In this document: piece by piece, positions 60,702 to 64,000 of the stretch | How the letters are laid out: each line of letters starts with the position of its first letter | Position numbering within the stretch: position 1 is the stretch's first letter | Source of the DNA: Patescibacteria group bacterium | Lineage (GTDB): Bacteria; Patescibacteriota; Minisyncoccia; Minisyncoccales; PEYH01 | Direction of reading: 5' to 3' | Length of the DNA stretch: 64,000 nt | NCBI GenBank assembly: GCA_018900835.1 | Contig: JAHIFQ010000004.1 | Span: forward strand, 21,141 to 85,140 | Program-made: the position numbers and the translations under genes | The notes under the pieces: generated by a model | What the model saw: only the letters and a program-made list of their open reading frames with translations | Told to the model about the DNA's origin: nothing | Database searches by the model: none

Positions 60702-60722
60702 ACCGCTTTTATGCGGTTTTTG
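60702..60722 (+). terminator. intrinsic terminator
   Basis: ACCGC-TTTTAT-GCGGT followed by TTTTTGG. Confidence 0.55.
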
Positions 60723-60761
60723 GTTTTACAAAACCATATTTTAAGGTTAAACTGGAAAAAT

Positions 60762-62480
60762 ATGGATAAAGAGAAATTAGCAGGCCTTATCAAAAAGGCG
60801 ATTTTAATAGCTCAAAAAGAAGGAAAGCTTCCTGATTTTAATATTCCGGAAATCTTGATAAATTATTCTGAAAAACAGGAATATGGGGATTATAATACAG
60901 CGATAGCATTTTCCATTGCCAAACAAATTAACCAGACCCCAGAAATAGTGGCAAAAATTTTGGCAGATTATCTGGCGCAGGAAGAAGAAACAAAATCCGC
61001 AAAAGCAAAAGAAGGTTTTGTGAATTTTTATTTTTCAGATAAAGAGATGCAAGATTCTTTGAATATTATTTTAAGACAGAAAGATAAATACGGCTCCAGC
61101 AAAAAAGGAAAAGGCAAGGTAATGGTGATAGATTATTCTGCTCCTAATATTGCTAAGCCATTTGGAGTCGGTCATCTCCGCTCTACAATCATTGGACAGG
61201 CGATATATAATTTGTATAAATTTTTGGGTTGGAAATGCATCGGCGACAATCATCTCGGCGATTGGGGCACCCAATTTGGCAAACTCATAACAGCAATAAA
61301 AAAATGGAACAAAAGACCATTAAAGGACTTATCTGTCTCTGATTTGCAGGAATTATATGTTAGATTTCATACTGAAGCAGAAACCAAGCCAGAGTTTTTA
61401 GAAGAATCAAGACAATGGTTTAAAAAACTTGAACAAGGAGATAAAGAAGCCAGACAAATTTGGAAAATATGCGTTAATACAAGCATAAAAGAGTTTGACA
61501 AGGTATATGATATTCTCGGCGTAAAAATAGACAAAGTATTGGGAGAAAGTTTTTATGAGGACAAGATGGAAGAAGTGATTGATAATGCCAAAAGAAAAAG
61601 CATTACCCAAGAAAGCCAAGGCGCATTGGTAATTATGCTACCTGGGATAAGTGTTCCGCTGATGCTTTTAAAATCAGATGGAGCCACTACCTATGAAACA
61701 AGGGATTTGGCAACTATTAAATATAGGTTGAAAAAATGGAAACCAGACCTAATTATCTATGAAGTCGGGGCTGACCAAAAACTTCATTTTGAAAAAGTGT
61801 TCAAAACAGCAGAAATGCTTGACTACAAAAAAGGCGTTGAGTTTAAGCATATTGCTCATGGCTTGATTCGCTGGGAAGACCGAAAGTTCTCCACTAGAAA
61901 AGGAGACACCATCGGCTTAGAAGAGGTCTTAAACGAAGCAATCAAAAGAGCTGAATACATTATTATGAAACCAAAAGAAGGCGAGAATATCAGCGCTGAA
62001 CAAAAAGAACAAATTGCCAGACAAGTTGGAATCGGAGCGGTAAAATACAATGATTTGTCCCGCCAACCAGAAAGAGATGTTATATTTGATTTAGACAGAA
62101 TGGTAACGCTTGATGGCAATTCAGGCCCTTATCTTCAATATACTGCTGTGCGATGCCAAAGCGTTTTAGACAGAGCAGGAAAAATAAACAAAGTGATAAA
62201 AGAAATTAAATTAAATTCAGAAGAAAAATCCATTATCCGTCTTTTAAAAATCTTTCCAGAGATTGTAAAAGAAGCAGCTGAAAAATTTTCTCCGAACTTG
62301 ATTTGCAATTTTGCTTTTGAGTTGGCGCAAAAATATAATATTTTCTATGAGAAGTGCCAGATTTTGAACGCTGACAGCGAACAGCAAAAAGAGCTCCGCC
62401 TTGCTATTACAACTGCGACAAGGCAGGTTTTGGAGAATAGCTTAAAATTATTAGGGATAGTTATCCCTGAAAGAATGTAA
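60762..62480 (+). CDS. argS: arginine--tRNA ligase
   Basis: ATG at 60762, after the terminator. DYSAPNIAKPFGVGHLRSTIIG; C-terminal anticodon-binding domain ..FAFELAQKYNIFYE.. Confidence 0.9.
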   Translation: MDKEKLAGLIKKAILIAQKEGKLPDFNIPEILINYSEKQEYGDYNTAIAFSIAKQINQTPEIVAKILADYLAQEEETKSAKAKEGFVNFYFSDKEMQDSLNIILRQKDKYGSSKKGKGKVMVIDYSAPNIAKPFGVGHLRSTIIGQAIYNLYKFLGWKCIGDNHLGDWGTQFGKLITAIKKWNKRPLKDLSVSDLQELYVRFHTEAETKPEFLEESRQWFKKLEQGDKEARQIWKICVNTSIKEFDKVYDILGVKIDKVLGESFYEDKMEEVIDNAKRKSITQESQGALVIMLPGISVPLMLLKSDGATTYETRDLATIKYRLKKWKPDLIIYEVGADQKLHFEKVFKTAEMLDYKKGVEFKHIAHGLIRWEDRKFSTRKGDTIGLEEVLNEAIKRAEYIIMKPKEGENISAEQKEQIARQVGIGAVKYNDLSRQPERDVIFDLDRMVTLDGNSGPYLQYTAVRCQSVLDRAGKINKVIKEIKLNSEEKSIIRLLKIFPEIVKEAAEKFSPNLICNFAFELAQKYNIFYEKCQILNADSEQQKELRLAITTATRQVLENSLKLLGIVIPERM

Positions 62481-62483
62481 AAT

Positions 62484-64000
62484 ATGGAAATAATTTTTCC
62501 CAAAATTGAAGAAAAAATAATAAAGTTTTGGAAAGAAAACCGCATTTTCGAAAAATCCTTGGACAAAAAAGGAGGAGATTTTATTTTTTATGAAGGGCCC
62601 CCGACTGCCAACGGAAAGCCGGGCGTGCACCATGTTTTAGCAAGGACATTTAAAGATATAATTTGCCGTTATCAGACAATGAAAGGAAAAAGGGTTTTAA
62701 GAAAGGCAGGTTGGGATGTCCACGGCCTTCCGGTTGAGTTGGAAGTTGAAAAACAGCTTGGATTGCAGGACAAAAAGGGAATAGAGGAATACGGTGTAGC
62801 GCAATTTAACGAAGAATGTAAAAAATCTGTTTGGAAATATGCCAGCGAATGGAAAGAGCTTACTGAAAGAATTGGTTTTTGGTTGGATTTAGAAGACCCA
62901 TATGTCACTTCTGACCCTTATTATATGGAAAGCGTTTTTCATATAATTAAAATGGTTTGGGAAAAAGGGTTATTGTATCAGGATTATAAGGTTTTGCCAT
63001 ATTGTCCGCGTTGTGGCACAGGACTTTCATCCCATGAAGTGGCGCAAGGATACAAGAAGATAGCGGAGAAGGCGGTATATGTGAAATTCAAAGCCAAAAG
63101 CCAAAAGCCAAAAGCCAAAAATTCATTCAAAATTCAAGATAATACCTATTTGTTGATTTGGACAACAACTCCATGGACCTTGCCAGCAAATGTGGCAATA
63201 GCAATTAATCCAAAAATAGATTATGTAAAAGTAAAGAAAGATAACGAATATTTAATTTTAGCCAAAGAAAGACAAGCGGTTTTGGGAGAAAATTTTGAAA
63301 TCATAGAAGAATTGAAAGGCAAAGATTTAGTCGGATTAAATTATTCTCCGCTGTTTGATGAAAGCGTTGTTTCTATTTCAACAGAGGGAAAAAATATTTA
63401 TCAGGTCTTGCCAGCGAATTTTGTAACCATAAGCGAAGGCACTGGGTTGGTTCATATCGCCCCTGCTTTTGGTCAGGATGATATGGAGCTTATAAAAAGC
63501 CAAAACACAAAACACAAAACACAAAATAGAAAGCAAGATAACGAAAACCGAGAGTTTCCGGTTCTTTTGACAGTTGATGAAAGCGGGAGATTCAAACCAG
63601 AAGTAAAAGAGTGGGCAGGAATGTTTGTTAAAGACGCAGACCCATTGATTATTGGATATTTAAAACAAAAAGGGCTTTTATTTAAAGAAGAACTTTATGA
63701 GCACGACTATCCGTTTTGTTGGAGGTGCGACACCCCTCTTTTATATTATGCGAAAAAGAGTTGGTTTATAAAGACAACAGAAATTAAGAATAAATTAATA
63801 AGCAATAATCAGAAAATTAATTGGATACCTTCTCATATAAAAGACGGAAGATTTGGCGAATGGTTGAATGAGCTTAAGGATTGGGCTATTTCCCGCGAAA
63901 GATATTGGGGCACTCCTTTGCCTATTTGGAAATGTCAAGAATGCGACAAAGAAATCGTTATTGGCTCAAGAAATGATTTATTAGAACAAACATTTACTAC
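62484..64000 (+). CDS. ileS: isoleucine--tRNA ligase (5' part; runs off the window)
   Basis: Not in the ORF track because there is no stop in the window. MEIIFPKIEEKIIKFWKENRIFEKS..FYEGPPTANGKPGVHHVLAR..GWDVHGLPVE..WTTTPWTLPAN. Confidence 0.9.
   Translation, partial: MEIIFPKIEEKIIKFWKENRIFEKSLDKKGGDFIFYEGPPTANGKPGVHHVLARTFKDIICRYQTMKGKRVLRKAGWDVHGLPVELEVEKQLGLQDKKGIEEYGVAQFNEECKKSVWKYASEWKELTERIGFWLDLEDPYVTSDPYYMESVFHIIKMVWEKGLLYQDYKVLPYCPRCGTGLSSHEVAQGYKKIAEKAVYVKFKAKSQKPKAKNSFKIQDNTYLLIWTTTPWTLPANVAIAINPKIDYVKVKKDNEYLILAKERQAVLGENFEIIEELKGKDLVGLNYSPLFDESVVSISTEGKNIYQVLPANFVTISEGTGLVHIAPAFGQDDMELIKSQNTKHKTQNRKQDNENREFPVLLTVDESGRFKPEVKEWAGMFVKDADPLIIGYLKQKGLLFKEELYEHDYPFCWRCDTPLLYYAKKSWFIKTTEIKNKLISNNQKINWIPSHIKDGRFGEWLNELKDWAISRERYWGTPLPIWKCQECDKEIVIGSRNDLLEQTFT

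Noticed and set aside
1-64000. Alternative genetic code (UGA recoding, as in some CPR lineages).
   Set aside because: TGA terminates conserved proteins at their expected ends (dnaN, smpB, the AbiEii-like gene, fic, the radical SAM protein). No conserved gene is broken by in-frame TGA.

Overview
AT-rich, very gene-dense bacterial chromosome segment read with the standard code (TGA, TAA and TAG all end conserved genes). Its features are tiny or overlapping intergenic gaps, no obvious Shine-Dalgarno sequences, T4SS-pilin fusion giants, Elp3, RtcB, a stand-alone 5'-3' exonuclease, a PolX core and scattered toxin-antitoxin or defence-type genes. This resembles a Candidate Phyla Radiation / Patescibacteria (Parcubacteria-like) genome, which is inference only. 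The window spans the replication-origin region: jag-yidC-rnpA-rpmH on the minus strand, dnaA-dnaN-DUF721 on the plus strand, and DnaA-box clusters on both sides of dnaA. Core genes present are PBP1A, ruvC, yebC, ruvB, ruvA, a PilB/GspE-type ATPase, tsaE, holA, rpsT, murE, rtcB, typA, greA, infC-rpmI-rplT, ssrA (tmRNA) overlapping smpB, argS, partial ileS, tRNA-Arg(CCG), and two histidine kinases with two receiver-only regulators. The main unusual content is as follows. (1) A minimal T4SS-derived module at 1-9116 has its VirB4-like ATPase split in the P-loop by a 600-aa LAGLIDADG intein, followed by two giant secreted proteins that each begin with a VirB2/TrbC-like pilin module. (2) A 1.8-kb recombinase-less insertion sits in the 5' end of ruvA, bounded by perfect 128-bp direct repeats, and carries a GC-rich structured block and a replacement promoter. 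(3) A divergent Elp3 / Trm9-like methyltransferase pair has start codons 3 bp apart. (4) A Fic cassette is framed by nested direct repeats. (5) There are several orphan promoter/terminator-bounded candidate RNAs, families of GC-rich hairpins and AT-rich upstream motifs, and heptanucleotide tandem repeats inside essential genes. No CRISPR array, rRNA gene or recognisable transposase/integrase was seen. All family assignments come from motif recognition by eye; no searches were run.
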